A stretch of DNA of 64,000 bases from IMG/VR virus record IMGVR_UViG_3300029516_000004, positions 31,480 through 95,479 of that record. The stretch is one strand, 5' to 3'. The translations under genes and the position numbers were made by a program. Below are positions 10,638 through 20,650 of this stretch, piece by piece. Source of the stretch: a virus. Its lineage: Duplodnaviria > Heunggongvirae > Uroviricota > Caudoviricetes. The notes under the pieces are model-generated. The model did not search any database. It was not told the origin of the DNA and was given only the letters and a program-made list of their open reading frames with translations. Every line of letters begins with the position of its first letter. Positions within the stretch are counted from its first letter, which is position 1.

Positions 10638-11828
10638 ATGGGCAAGACACTCTCGGAAATAGCTCAACAGCTTAGTACGCCTCAGAAAGTCAAGAAGACT
10701 GTCCATAAAGAAGTTGAAGCGACCAGGGCCGTGCCAAAGGTGCAGTTAATCTACGCTTTCAATGGCACGGGGAAAACGCGTCTTTCCCGGGATTTCAAGC
10801 AACTGCTTGAGTCCAAAGTTCATGACGGAGAAGGTGAAGACGAAGCTGAACAGTCCGCGTTGTCGCGCAAAAAAATCCTCTATTATAATGCCTTCACCGA
10901 GGACTTGTTCTATTGGGATAACGATCTGCAAGAAGACGCAGAACCGAAGCTGAAGGTGCAGCCTAACTCCTATACAAACTGGTTGCTGACCTTGCTAAAA
11001 GATTTGGGACAGGATAGCAATATCGTCCGTTATTTCCAGCGCTATGCGAACGACAAGCTAACGCCACACTTCAATCCAGATTTTACCGAAATCACTTTTT
11101 CCATGGAGCGCGGTAACGATGAGCGTTCCGCCCACATCAAGTTATCCAAAGGTGAAGAGAGCAACTTCATCTGGAGTGTGTTTTACACCCTACTGGATCA
11201 AGTGGTAACAATTCTCAATGTCGCTGACCCGGATGCGCGCGAGACCCACGCATTTGATCAACTGAAATATGTATTCATTGATGATCCCGTTAGCTCCCTT
11301 GATGATAACCACTTGATTGAACTGGCGGTTGATCTTGCAGGGCTGATCAAATCCAGCGAATCCGATTTGAAGTTCATTATCACGACACATAGTCCAATAT
11401 TTTATAATGTACTTTTCAATGAGTTGAACGGTAAAGTTTGCTACATGTTGGAAAGTTTTGAGGATGGTACATTTGCCCTCACAGAAAAATATGGCGACTC
11501 TAACAAGAGTTTTTCCTACCATCTCCACCTAAAGCAAACAATCGAACAGGCAATTGCTGACAACAACGTTGAAAGATATCATTTCACGTTACTGCGCAAT
11601 CTTTATGAGAAAACGGCCAGCTTTCTGGGCTACCCTAAATGGTCTGAACTCTTGCCTGACGACAAGCAGCTTTATCTGAGCAGAATCATCAATTTCACAA
11701 GCCACAGCACGCTATCGAATGAGGCCGTTGCAGAGCCAACGCCAGCGGAGAAAGCGACTGTCAAACTGTTGCTCGATCACTTGAAGAACAACTGTGGCTT
11801 CTGGCAGCAGGAACAAAAAAATGGTTGA
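10638..11828 (+). CDS. prrC: PrrC-type anticodon nuclease (396 aa) embedded in hsd locus
   Basis: N-terminal Walker A FNGTGKTR; C-terminal R-x3-E (LRNLYEKT) with His 36 residues later, falling at positions 320/324/356; gene order hsdM-hsdS-prrC-hsdR. Confidence 0.85.
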   Translation: MGKTLSEIAQQLSTPQKVKKTVHKEVEATRAVPKVQLIYAFNGTGKTRLSRDFKQLLESKVHDGEGEDEAEQSALSRKKILYYNAFTEDLFYWDNDLQEDAEPKLKVQPNSYTNWLLTLLKDLGQDSNIVRYFQRYANDKLTPHFNPDFTEITFSMERGNDERSAHIKLSKGEESNFIWSVFYTLLDQVVTILNVADPDARETHAFDQLKYVFIDDPVSSLDDNHLIELAVDLAGLIKSSESDLKFIITTHSPIFYNVLFNELNGKVCYMLESFEDGTFALTEKYGDSNKSFSYHLHLKQTIEQAIADNNVERYHFTLLRNLYEKTASFLGYPKWSELLPDDKQLYLSRIINFTSHSTLSNEAVAEPTPAEKATVKLLLDHLKNNCGFWQQEQKNG

Positions 11829-14800
11829 TTGCACCAAACCAATTGCTGAGTCCAATAATTTTATCATTTTGGACAAATACAACCCGGACTGGAAGATTAC
11901 CGAGAGCTACCAGAGCGAAGGTGATCTGGAGCGTGAGCTGATTCAGGATTTGGTTAACCAGGGCTATGAATACCTGCCAACCCTGAACAACACCAAGGCT
12001 ATGCTCGCTAATGTCAGGGAACAGTTGCAAAACCTTAACAATGTAGAGTTCCTGGAGGCTGAATGGCGTCGCTTTGTGGAAACCTGGATGGACAAGCCCA
12101 GCGATGGCGTTGTTGAAAAGGCCCGCAAGATTCATGATGATTATGTTCATGATTTCGTCTTCGACGATGGCCGTATTCAGAATATCTATCTGCTGGATAG
12201 AAAAAACATCCTTCGCAATAAAGTGCAGGTCATCAAGCAGTTTGAACAAGCAGGCACGCACGCCAATCGCTACGATGTCACCATTCTGGTCAATGGCCTG
12301 CCGCTGGTACAAATTGAATTGAAAAAACGTGGTGTAGCGATTCGTGAGGCTTTCAACCAGATACATCGTTACAGTAAAGAGAGTTTTAACAGCGAAAATT
12401 CCCTGTTTAAGTATCTGCAGCTGTTCGTCATTTCCAACGGCACTGATACCCGTTATTTTGCCAACACCACAAAGCGCGATAAAAACAGTTTTGACTTCAC
12501 CATGAACTGGGCTAAATCAGACAATACACTGATTAAAGACCTCAAAGACTTTACCGCTACCTTTTTCCAGAAACATACTCTGCTTAATGTTCTGGTGAAC
12601 TACAGCGTTTTTGACAGCAGTCAGACGCTACTGGTAATGCGACCGTACCAGATTGCCGCCACCGAGCGCATTCTGTGGAAAATTAAGAGTTCCTTTACAG
12701 CGAAGAACTGGTCAAAACCGGAAAGCGGTGGGTATATCTGGCACACTACCGGTTCTGGTAAAACCCTCACCAGCTTTAAAGCCGCGCGTCTGGCAACAGA
12801 ACTGGACTTTATTGATAAAGTTTTCTTTGTGGTCGACAGGAAAGACCTCGATTACCAGACCATGAAGGAATATCAGCGTTTTTCGCCAGACAGCGTCAAC
12901 GGCTCGGAAAATACCGCAGGCCTTAAACGAAATCTGGATAAGGACGATAACAAAATTATCGTCACTACTATTCAGAAACTCAATAACCTGATGAAAGCAG
13001 AAAGCGACCTGCCTGTATATAATCAGCAAGTGGTGTTTATATTTGATGAATGCCACCGCAGCCAGTTTGGAGAAGCGCAGAAAAACCTGAAGAAGAAATT
13101 CAAACGCTATTATCAGTTTGGTTTTACCGGCACCCCTATTTTCCCGGAAAACGCCTTAGGCTCAGAAACAACCGCCAGCGTATTTGGTCGTGAATTGCAT
13201 TCGTATGTAATTACCGATGCGATTCGTGACGAAAAAGTGCTCAAATTCAAGGTGGACTACAACGATGTGCGGCCACAGTTTAAGTCTTTAGAGACAGAAA
13301 CTGACGAGAAAAAACTGAGTGCGGCTGAAAATCAGCAGGCGTTTCTTCATCCCATGCGTATTCAGGAAATCACGCAATATATTCTGAATAATTTCCGCCA
13401 GAAAACCCACCGTACCTTCCCTGGCTCAAAAGGTTTTAATGCTATGTTGGCAGTGAGCAGCGTGGATGCCGCGAAAGCCTATTATGCGACGTTTAAACGG
13501 TTACAAGAAGAAGCCGCTAATAAATCGGCTACCTATAAACCGCTGCGTATTGCGACAATCTTCTCCTTTGCCGCCAATGAAGAACAAAATGCCATTGGTG
13601 AAATTTCCGATGAAACTTTTGATACCAGCGCAATGGACAGCAGTGCTAAAGAGTTTCTGGACGCTGCAATTCGTGAATATAACAGCCATTTTAAAACTAA
13701 CTTTAGCACCGACAGTAACGGTTTTCAGAACTACTATCGTGATTTAGCCCAGCGGGTTAAAAATCAGGATATCGATCTGCTAATTGTCGTGGGGATGTTT
13801 TTAACCGGTTTCGATGCTCCAACATTAAACACGCTATTCGTCGATAAAAACTTGCGTTTTCACGGCCTGATGCAGGCATTCTCCCGCACCAACCGCATTT
13901 ATGACGCGACTAAAACCTTCGGTAATATTGTCACGTTCCGAGATCTGGAACGCTCAACCATTGATGCCATAACGCTGTTTGGTGACAAAAATACCAAAAA
14001 TGTGGTTTTAGAAAAGAGTTATGCAGAGTATATGGAAGGCTTTACTGATGCTGCCACTGGTGAAGCTAAGCGCGGCTTTATGGCAGTAGTTTCAGAACTG
14101 GAACAACGGTTCCCTGACCCTACCAGTATTGAAAGTGAAAAAGAGAAGAAAGACTTCGTTAAACTGTTTGGTGAATACCTGCGTGCCGAGAACATCCTGC
14201 AAAACTATGATGAATTTGCCACGCTGAAAGCCCTGCAACAAATCGATCTTAGCGATCCTGTTGCGGTAGAAAAATTCAAAGAAGAACATTATGTGGATGA
14301 TGAAAAGTTCGCTGAATTGCAAACGATTCGTCTCCCTGCTGAACGCAAGATTCAGGATTATCGTTCTGCCTATAACGATATTCGTGACTGGCAGCGCCGC
14401 GAGAAAGAAGCTGATAAAAAAGAAAAATCAACCACTGACTGGGATGACGTGGTTTTTGAGGTCGATTTGCTGAAGTCTCAGGAAATAAACCTGGATTATA
14501 TCCTTGGACTGATTTTCGAACACAACAGACAAAATAAAGGCAAGGGCGAAATGATCGAAGAGGTCAAACGCTTAATTCGTTCAAGCCTGGGGAACCGGGC
14601 GAAAGAGGGCCTGGTGGTCGATTTTATTCAGCAAACGAACCTGGATGATTTACCAGACAAAGCCAGTATCATTGAGGCATTCTTTACGTTTGCTCAACGC
14701 GAACAGCAACGTGAAGCAGAAGCATTGATAAAAGAAGAAAATCTCAATGAAGATGCAGCAAAACGCTATATTCGCACGTCTTTAAAACGCGAATACGCCA

Positions 14801-14940
14801 CCGAAAATGGCACAGAATTAAACGAAACATTACCAAAACTTAGTCCGTTGAATCCGCAATATAAAACGAAAAAACAGGCAGTTTTCCAGAAAATCGTCTC
14901 GTTTATTGAGAAGTTTAAAGGCGTAGGCGGAAAAATATAG
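11821..14940 (+). CDS. hsdR: Type I R-M restriction endonuclease/translocase HsdR
   Basis: PD-(D/E)xK-like D..ELK ([18 protein letters not shown]), helicase motif I HTTGSGKT, motif II DECH; ORF-track start 11794 lacks RBS, ATG at 11821 has AGGAAC RBS. Confidence 0.93.
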   Translation: MVDCTKPIAESNNFIILDKYNPDWKITESYQSEGDLERELIQDLVNQGYEYLPTLNNTKAMLANVREQLQNLNNVEFLEAEWRRFVETWMDKPSDGVVEKARKIHDDYVHDFVFDDGRIQNIYLLDRKNILRNKVQVIKQFEQAGTHANRYDVTILVNGLPLVQIELKKRGVAIREAFNQIHRYSKESFNSENSLFKYLQLFVISNGTDTRYFANTTKRDKNSFDFTMNWAKSDNTLIKDLKDFTATFFQKHTLLNVLVNYSVFDSSQTLLVMRPYQIAATERILWKIKSSFTAKNWSKPESGGYIWHTTGSGKTLTSFKAARLATELDFIDKVFFVVDRKDLDYQTMKEYQRFSPDSVNGSENTAGLKRNLDKDDNKIIVTTIQKLNNLMKAESDLPVYNQQVVFIFDECHRSQFGEAQKNLKKKFKRYYQFGFTGTPIFPENALGSETTASVFGRELHSYVITDAIRDEKVLKFKVDYNDVRPQFKSLETETDEKKLSAAENQQAFLHPMRIQEITQYILNNFRQKTHRTFPGSKGFNAMLAVSSVDAAKAYYATFKRLQEEAANKSATYKPLRIATIFSFAANEEQNAIGEISDETFDTSAMDSSAKEFLDAAIREYNSHFKTNFSTDSNGFQNYYRDLAQRVKNQDIDLLIVVGMFLTGFDAPTLNTLFVDKNLRFHGLMQAFSRTNRIYDATKTFGNIVTFRDLERSTIDAITLFGDKNTKNVVLEKSYAEYMEGFTDAATGEAKRGFMAVVSELEQRFPDPTSIESEKEKKDFVKLFGEYLRAENILQNYDEFATLKALQQIDLSDPVAVEKFKEEHYVDDEKFAELQTIRLPAERKIQDYRSAYNDIRDWQRREKEADKKEKSTTDWDDVVFEVDLLKSQEINLDYILGLIFEHNRQNKGKGEMIEEVKRLIRSSLGNRAKEGLVVDFIQQTNLDDLPDKASIIEAFFTFAQREQQREAEALIKEENLNEDAAKRYIRTSLKREYATENGTELNETLPKLSPLNPQYKTKKQAVFQKIVSFIEKFKGVGGKI

Positions 14941-14956
14941 CCCAATTCGTGTTTTT

Positions 14957-14984
14957 CTTGCGGGTTCTTAATTAAACCCGCAAG
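14957..14984. other. 10-bp-stem hairpin downstream of hsdR
   Basis: CTTGCGGGTT-cttaatta-AACCCGCAAG perfect inverted repeat; no U-tract on either strand. Confidence 0.4.
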
Positions 14985-15019
14985 AGCTCGTGGGGTTCCA
15001 AATGGCTAATATACTCCCC

Positions 15020-15106
15020 TTACCCATGCGCGACGATGCCGCCAAAAGTGATAGAGAACAGCCAGAAATAGATCGCGGCCATAATGATTTTGAATGCCGT
15101 GTTCAT
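15020..15106 (-). CDS. candidate small hydrophobic peptide (28 aa)
   Basis: Manual translation MNTAFKIIMAAIYFWLFSITFGGIVAHG; AGGAG RBS 7 nt upstream; below ORF-track size cut-off; downstream of a C1 operator. Confidence 0.3.
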   Translation of the reverse strand: MNTAFKIIMAAIYFWLFSITFGGIVAHG

Positions 15107-15134
15107 ATTTTCAGCTCCTGTGATTGATTGGATA

Positions 15135-15165
15135 CATGCCGCGCCTTGCGGCATGTTTTTATTTT
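15135..15165 (+). terminator. rho-independent terminator ending the hsd operon
   Basis: CATGCCGC-gcctt-GCGGCATG 8-bp stem followed by TTTTTATTTT. Confidence 0.65.
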
Positions 15166-15188
15166 CACTTCCCCTGCCTTAAAAATCT

Positions 15189-15205
15189 ATATTTATTAGA
15201 GCAAT
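15189..15205. promoter_or_regulatory. C1 operator 17-mer at the distal edge of the hsd island
   Basis: ATATTTATTAGAGCAAT (16/17, reverse orientation); candidate -35 TTCATC and -10 TAAATA overlap on minus strand. Confidence 0.65.
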
Positions 15206-15711
15206 TATTGTTGATGAAGAAGCGCATTTTCATACTCCCTGACCATTAATGTAAGTACGCCGTGACTCCTGAAAACACGCGCCACTTCAATCTTATCTTC
15301 CAGCGCGAACGCAATTTTACTTAGACCAATTTTCTTCAGGAGATCAATCTTTGCTGGACCGTCATTTCTGTCATCGGTGGCAGGACGCATAGATAGCAAA
15401 GGCTCCGCCCCATTTGTTACGTGCTTACGCAACCAGGCTCGTGTTTTATCCCTGGCTATCTCACAGCGCCCGGTTACAAACCAGAGGGTGTAAATGCCGG
15501 ACAACTGGCGCACCATATCAATAACTGGAGTGATGGGAGCATCAGTGTCACAGGCAAGGTTAAACTCGTTCCAGTGCTCTGTTAATGCACCTTTGCCAGG
15601 TGGTGGAAGTAAATGCAGCCTGTCTTCCGTTGCCTCTGATATCGTCCCATCAATATCTACTATGACGATGTACGGACGTTCCTGGTGTGCGTGTTTATTG
15701 AAAATACTCAA
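15205..15711 (-). CDS. HAD-superfamily phosphatase-like protein (168 aa)
   Basis: N-terminal VIVDIDGTIS (DxDGT catalytic motif of HAD phosphatases, as in polynucleotide 3'-phosphatases). Confidence 0.7.
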   Translation of the reverse strand: MSIFNKHAHQERPYIVIVDIDGTISEATEDRLHLLPPPGKGALTEHWNEFNLACDTDAPITPVIDMVRQLSGIYTLWFVTGRCEIARDKTRAWLRKHVTNGAEPLLSMRPATDDRNDGPAKIDLLKKIGLSKIAFALEDKIEVARVFRSHGVLTLMVREYENALLHQQ

Positions 15712-15783
15712 ATGCCCTCCTCATTGGACGAAAAAAATGCTGGTGGGAGCACTCCACCAGCATTAAAAGTGACACTGTAACTA

Positions 15784-17046
15784 TCAGCGAACGTAAATAG
15801 TGCCGCCGTTCTCTTTTTCCCATGCATCGCTACGTGCATAGCAAACATCGAGAAGTCTTCTTGCCGCAGTTTCCTCTAAACCCAATTCGACAACCAACTG
15901 CTCATGACGGCGGGTAACCACATCAAACAGGGTATGCAGCCCTTTAGTTGCCAGATCATCAATGAATTCCGGTTCGAACGGCAGCTCTGCATCTGCCAAC
16001 ATAACCTCTTGCGCCCACTCAACTCGACGGACCAATTCCGGGCGACGGCTTTCCATCTCTTTACAGATCAATTCATGGAAGAACTCTACCCAACCTTCCG
16101 GCTGGAACTCGCGGAAAATTGCCAACGGCTGGAAGTTTGGCATCAACCATTCGTTGATTCGGATATCAATGGCATAGCCCATGTCGCAGCAGAACTGATA
16201 AGCAAAGTCCAGCTTAGAAACGATATAAGGACGCTCGTTATTGAACTCTTTAGGCGATGAGATCCCATAAGCCAGGAGGCGCGGGAAGAAGGAGATTTGC
16301 CCTAACGTCGGATGAAGTTTGCTTGCAGGGAAACGGCGCTCAGTAATGCCATACATTTCCTTCTTGAGCGTCGCAAATTTGGCATTCTCATTAACCAGCG
16401 CGGTAACCTCTGCTTTTTTATTAGCAAATGCCACGCGCGCCTCGCTTGCATCTTTAATAGTTTTTTTGAGCTGTTGGTTAAGGTCGGCGACCTGCTTACG
16501 CAGTTCCTGTCGCTCGCTTTTAGCTTTGTTATAGCGTTTCTCAAGGTTAAAAGGATCAAGTTTCATGATCTCTTTATATTGAGATTTTAGCGTTGAAATC
16601 TGTGAGTTCCGCAGTTCAACCATCGCAGTCATTTCATTGAGTTTTGTTTCCAGCTCAATGCTTATACGTTCGGCATTATCAGCACGCTGGTTGGCGTCAT
16701 GCGTCGCATCGTCGATCGCGTCCTGTTGCTGGCGTTTCAAATGTTCAATTTCCAGCTGAAGCTCTTCAATTTCTTTACCCTTCAGACCGAGATCCAACTG
16801 CATATTTTCAGCTGCATCTACCAGGGAGTTATGGCTATCAGCTTCTGCGTTATAAACATCAATAAGCTGTGCGTGAAGCATCTCCGCTGACTGAACCGCA
16901 TTATCAAAAAAACGTGCTGTGAGGTCATCACAACTAACGCGGCGTTGCGCGGCCCGGATGTTCTGGATAATGGCCGGGATACCGGCATTCAGGACATCAG
17001 GGATACATACATTTTCGATTGATTGGTTTTGTGCTGAAGTGCTCAT
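15784..17046 (-). CDS. hypothetical protein with long coiled-coil segment (420 aa)
   Basis: ORF-track ORF; heptad-rich central region (ELQLEIEHLKRQQQ...). Confidence 0.6.
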   Translation of the reverse strand: MSTSAQNQSIENVCIPDVLNAGIPAIIQNIRAAQRRVSCDDLTARFFDNAVQSAEMLHAQLIDVYNAEADSHNSLVDAAENMQLDLGLKGKEIEELQLEIEHLKRQQQDAIDDATHDANQRADNAERISIELETKLNEMTAMVELRNSQISTLKSQYKEIMKLDPFNLEKRYNKAKSERQELRKQVADLNQQLKKTIKDASEARVAFANKKAEVTALVNENAKFATLKKEMYGITERRFPASKLHPTLGQISFFPRLLAYGISSPKEFNNERPYIVSKLDFAYQFCCDMGYAIDIRINEWLMPNFQPLAIFREFQPEGWVEFFHELICKEMESRRPELVRRVEWAQEVMLADAELPFEPEFIDDLATKGLHTLFDVVTRRHEQLVVELGLEETAARRLLDVCYARSDAWEKENGGTIYVR

Positions 17047-17047
17047 T

Positions 17048-17266
17048 TCAAAGTTCCGTATTAGCTTGTGCTTCGGTCATTTTTCCTAAGTATGAAGGAG
17101 GAAGGACTACGCAATTTGTATCCAGTCCCTCACCTATGGCAGCCTGTAAAATTCTGGCTAAGGTGAGTCTCTTGTTGCGATACCTGGTGATGACATGCCT
17201 GATACCGCCGGTCGGCGTAACAAAGGCGATCAGCCAGTAGTGATATTTCCGTCGGAATGGCCACAT
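17048..17266 (-). CDS. hypothetical protein (72 aa)
   Basis: ORF abutting the downstream gene; preceded by operator/terminator module. Confidence 0.45.
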   Translation of the reverse strand: MWPFRRKYHYWLIAFVTPTGGIRHVITRYRNKRLTLARILQAAIGEGLDTNCVVLPPSYLGKMTEAQANTEL

Positions 17267-17280
17267 AGTGCACCTTGTAG

Positions 17281-17346
17281 ATTGCTCTAATAAAAAACGT
17301 GATGAGTGTACATCACGTTTTAAAAATATGGAATTATTAGAGCAAT
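17281..17346. promoter_or_regulatory. two inverted C1 operator-like 17-mers flanking a bidirectional terminator hairpin
   Basis: ATTGCTCTAATAAAAAA (17281-17297), hairpin ACGTGATG-agtgta-CATCACGT with flanking A/T runs, then GGAATTATTAGAGCAAT (17330-17346). Confidence 0.6.
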
Positions 17347-17347
17347 A

Positions 17348-18049
17348 TTATTCTGATTCTCGCTCAAAAAATGAGCTGATAAGGGGAAGCCAATCCTCTG
17401 ACACTTCGCGAGGTCGCGGTTTGCCGTGGAAAAAGATTATTCGGCAGTCTTTTGGTAATGCCCCATTCCCCCTGGAGTAACGCGCGCTCGCATATTTTGA
17501 ACCAGGTTCCACAACATCGGCCTTGTAACTTACAAACCATCCTGGATACAGATCCTGAAATGCTGGTGTATCATCGCCCATAACCTTTCGTAAGAACCCC
17601 TGGTCCCCCCAGCACTCAGTAGTGACACAACGAGAAATCCAACCTTCCGGATCTTGCCAGAATGAACTCCAGATATGCGCTTTAACACTATTTGGTATCC
17701 ACAGGGCACCGCTGCCACGATATTGTGGATGGTAAAAATCCCTAAGCATGGTGAAGCTGGTTGGTGGATGCTCTAGGATTGGGCGTATATCACCGGCAAT
17801 AACCGTGTCCAAATCCAGATAGAACAGATCATCGGTTATATCCGGTCGGAACAACTCGATTTTCGCCCACCAGCCACGGCACTTTTGCCACTGGTTGATC
17901 AATGGGACAACTTTGACGCCAGGTACATGTAAACGCTTCAGGTCTGTCAGGCAAATAATTTCATAGCCTTTTGGCAGTTGATTAACCAGCCACTGCACAT
18001 CGGAAGCGTTATAGTCACCACCAGAGCGAAAAACTAAAGCAATCTTCAT
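17348..18049 (-). CDS. hypothetical protein (233 aa)
   Basis: ORF-track ORF, stop overlaps downstream start of the phosphatase operon. Confidence 0.6.
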   Translation of the reverse strand: MKIALVFRSGGDYNASDVQWLVNQLPKGYEIICLTDLKRLHVPGVKVVPLINQWQKCRGWWAKIELFRPDITDDLFYLDLDTVIAGDIRPILEHPPTSFTMLRDFYHPQYRGSGALWIPNSVKAHIWSSFWQDPEGWISRCVTTECWGDQGFLRKVMGDDTPAFQDLYPGWFVSYKADVVEPGSKYASARYSRGNGALPKDCRIIFFHGKPRPREVSEDWLPLISSFFERESE

Positions 18050-18738
18050 GCTGCACCATCACCTTTCACTTTCATCAATGTCAGGTTTCCGCAAAATACG
18101 GCACCAGTGTCGATATACTGCTGATTCCAGAATGTCTTCGGGCTTTTCACCGGAGTGTGACCAAAGATAAAACGATCTGCGCCCGAAATTTCGCCACCAA
18201 TATCATCCATCGAATCACTGATACGCTCGCGCGCCCAGACAACGTTGAAAAGCGGCACCTCCTTACCGAATTGGTATTCATTATCCGGATAGTCGGCATG
18301 GGCTATAACGATAGTTTCTTGCCCGGTGTTCAACTCAATGATATAGGGCAGACGCTTTACCAGCTCCACCAGCGCCCAGGCTAATATTTCCTGATCAGTG
18401 TCCAGCATGAAGAACCATTGTCCGCCATTCATTAGCCAGTTATTCACGTTGCCATCTGGACTTAACGCATCAATCATCAGCCGCTCATGGTTCCCCATCA
18501 CTGCCCTGAACCAGGGCATCTGCAATAGTTCCAGACATTCGACATTTTCAGTACCGCGATCGATAAGGTCGCCGACCGATATCAGTAAATCCTGCGCCGG
18601 GTCAAAATCCACACGATGGAGTTCGGACATCAGTCTGGTGTAACAACCATGCAGATCACCAACAACCCAGATATTCCTGTATTTGGTACCGTCGATACGG
18701 TGATAAATTGTTGGTGCCATCATGTATTCTTCAGCCAT
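18046..18738 (-). CDS. ppp: Ser/Thr protein phosphatase, lambda-PPase-like metallophosphatase (230 aa)
   Basis: GDLHG, GDLIDRG and GNHE metallophosphatase motifs. Confidence 0.85.
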   Translation of the reverse strand: MAEEYMMAPTIYHRIDGTKYRNIWVVGDLHGCYTRLMSELHRVDFDPAQDLLISVGDLIDRGTENVECLELLQMPWFRAVMGNHERLMIDALSPDGNVNNWLMNGGQWFFMLDTDQEILAWALVELVKRLPYIIELNTGQETIVIAHADYPDNEYQFGKEVPLFNVVWARERISDSMDDIGGEISGADRFIFGHTPVKSPKTFWNQQYIDTGAVFCGNLTLMKVKGDGAA

Positions 18739-19346
18739 TCTTTAAGAGTCATCTGCGGAATACCTCCCATTTTCCCGCATGAAACAACGTCAATCTGTTC
18801 ACGCGCAGACTGGAATAACAAAGGCAGGTGACTTAGATTTTTTGGCGTGCCGCCGGAGTGAACGCGTGGTTCTTGCGTAGCGTCAACGCCCACCAGGGCG
18901 ACATGTTTGAATCCGATATGGAAAGCCAGGTTCAGAGCACCATATGCACTATTGCCGCTGGCAATTTCATTCTCATCTTCGCAAAGTCCGAAATGTGCGG
19001 ACCAGCGCCACGCCCACCACTCGGGAGAATTCGTATTTTTTGGCTCCATGCCACGTTCAGCCACACGACGGAAGCACAGAACGCCGTCTCTGACTTCACG
19101 TTCTTTAACATCGGGTAGTGCCATGCAATAACAAACACCACGGCGACGGCGGCCACGACCAACGCGCCGCATATTGTCTGGCGATGGATCAAGTGTGAAA
19201 AAATAAGAAGCGCGGTTCAGCCAGTCGATGGCCCCATTGACCGCTATAATCGGCACTCCGCGCGGCGCAACAAAGTTTGCGGCGCTTGGGCCACTGCCGA
19301 CGATAATAACGCGATCACTGCCTCTAAATTTATTCTTGGGAAACAT
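18720..19346 (-). CDS. hypothetical protein, paralog A with GSGPS motif (208 aa)
   Basis: VIIVGSGPS...IIAVNGAID...VALVGVD; paralogous to the upstream ORF. Confidence 0.6.
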   Translation of the reverse strand: MFPKNKFRGSDRVIIVGSGPSAANFVAPRGVPIIAVNGAIDWLNRASYFFTLDPSPDNMRRVGRGRRRRGVCYCMALPDVKEREVRDGVLCFRRVAERGMEPKNTNSPEWWAWRWSAHFGLCEDENEIASGNSAYGALNLAFHIGFKHVALVGVDATQEPRVHSGGTPKNLSHLPLLFQSAREQIDVVSCGKMGGIPQMTLKEWLKNT

Positions 19347-19906
19347 TGAATTGCACTGCTCCTACTTGCATTCAAAATATGTAAATCTGCGTGTTTTTTG
19401 CGGGTATCCAAGAACTGCTGTTGCCATTTTGAAATAGACACCTGCGTTGGATTCCGTAGGGCTTGAGGGTGCGCACCATGCCAATGAAGGCCGTTTTGCA
19501 GAGAACAGTCATAGCCGACTAATACCACTACTTCAGCCCCTGATTCAGCAGCCAGACTGATAGCCTGCGCGCCGCTATTTACCCCTTCCGCCGGTCCACA
19601 ATATCGCCTGTACTCCAACGAAAATGATTTCGCCGCCGCTAGGTTGGCTGTCACTTTGCGGAATCTCCCTCCCGGTATGGTGGAGCCGTATTGCTTCCAC
19701 CATGACAAATCACCGGCGTATAAGGCATAAATGTCATCGAACATCTGCCAGGAATTGTTAACCGCGATGATTGAACAGCCAGTTTTTTCTATAGCAGCAC
19801 AGTCCTCACGAGTGAGTGACGGACCGCTACCGACACAAAAAACAGTCCTAGTCGCCCTGGGTGGTATGTTCATTCTCAGCTGCAAATTCAGCCTCCAGGC
19901 GAGCAT
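19244..19906 (-). CDS. hypothetical protein, paralog B with GSGPS motif (220 aa)
   Basis: VFCVGSGPS...IIAVNNSWQ...VVLVGYD; overlaps the downstream paralog by 103 nt. Confidence 0.6.
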   Translation of the reverse strand: MLAWRLNLQLRMNIPPRATRTVFCVGSGPSLTREDCAAIEKTGCSIIAVNNSWQMFDDIYALYAGDLSWWKQYGSTIPGGRFRKVTANLAAAKSFSLEYRRYCGPAEGVNSGAQAISLAAESGAEVVVLVGYDCSLQNGLHWHGAHPQALRNPTQVSISKWQQQFLDTRKKHADLHILNASRSSAIQCFPRINLEAVIALLSSAVAQAPQTLLRRAECRL

Positions 19907-20069
19907 TCATTTCAGCGATTACAGGGTCCACTACAGCATCTGTTTCCTGTTCATTACGCGGCATGATCGATGCCAGCGATTCATAATTAGCCTTGGATGA
20001 CACGATTATTCTCCCGATGTTAATGTGCGCTATATCAAATGGCGCATATGTACTAATTAATTTATTATT

Positions 20070-20648
20070 TTAAGCAGCATACAACCACTTGTCGCCGTTC
20101 AATACATGCTCAATAGCCTCACCCTTTTTAAGGCTCATGTATTCCAGGATGGCGGTTATCGCTTGTTCTGCACCATACGCAAGAACGACGTAGTAACCTT
20201 CCTCTCTAAGCCTGCGCATCCAGGCGATCTGCTCTTGCGTCGGGGCTTTACCATTTGGTTCTTTAAGCTCAATTCGCATGCCGTGATAAATACCGCATGC
20301 TTTATCGAGACTCATGTCCGGATAACCTTTTTTCTGCCCTTCAGCCTTCATTTTCCCGGCGGTTGCTTTTGAACGTTTCCCTCCGTTAGGCGTTGCATGC
20401 AACAGCTCATAGATGTCAGGGTGCTTGCGTTCGAAGTAATCAAAAATGAAAACCTGCTCGAAGTGCTCGCAATTTCCGTCGCGCAGGTCTGGGTTCTTTG
20501 CCAGTGCTGCAAGTGCCTTCGCATGTGGAGAAACTTCTTTTACCGGCGCAAGCGATAAGAATGGATCCTTTTTGGTTTTTGGCCTGGACCGCCCCTTATT
20601 TCGACGCTCACTAAAAGCCTGAAACTCTTCCTCAGTAAAGCGCAACAT
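20070..20648 (-). CDS. VRR-NUC / PD-(D/E)xK-like nuclease domain protein (192 aa)
   Basis: GYPDMSL...GMRIELK pattern typical of VRR-NUC domains. Confidence 0.6.
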   Translation of the reverse strand: MLRFTEEEFQAFSERRNKGRSRPKTKKDPFLSLAPVKEVSPHAKALAALAKNPDLRDGNCEHFEQVFIFDYFERKHPDIYELLHATPNGGKRSKATAGKMKAEGQKKGYPDMSLDKACGIYHGMRIELKEPNGKAPTQEQIAWMRRLREEGYYVVLAYGAEQAITAILEYMSLKKGEAIEHVLNGDKWLYAA

Positions 20649-20650
20649 AA

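Noticed and set aside
12712-13056. Antisense ORFs within hsdR (for example 114 aa at 12712-13056, and others at 11190-12366)
   Set aside because: Embedded antisense in genes with clear helicase/methylase motifs; AT-rich frames give long chance ORFs.
7760-15205. hsd-prrC block as a self-mobile transposon or integron cassette
   Set aside because: No transposase, integrase, attC-like site or terminal inverted repeats were found at its borders; acquisition by recombination into the phage backbone seems more likely, but junctions cannot be defined without a reference.
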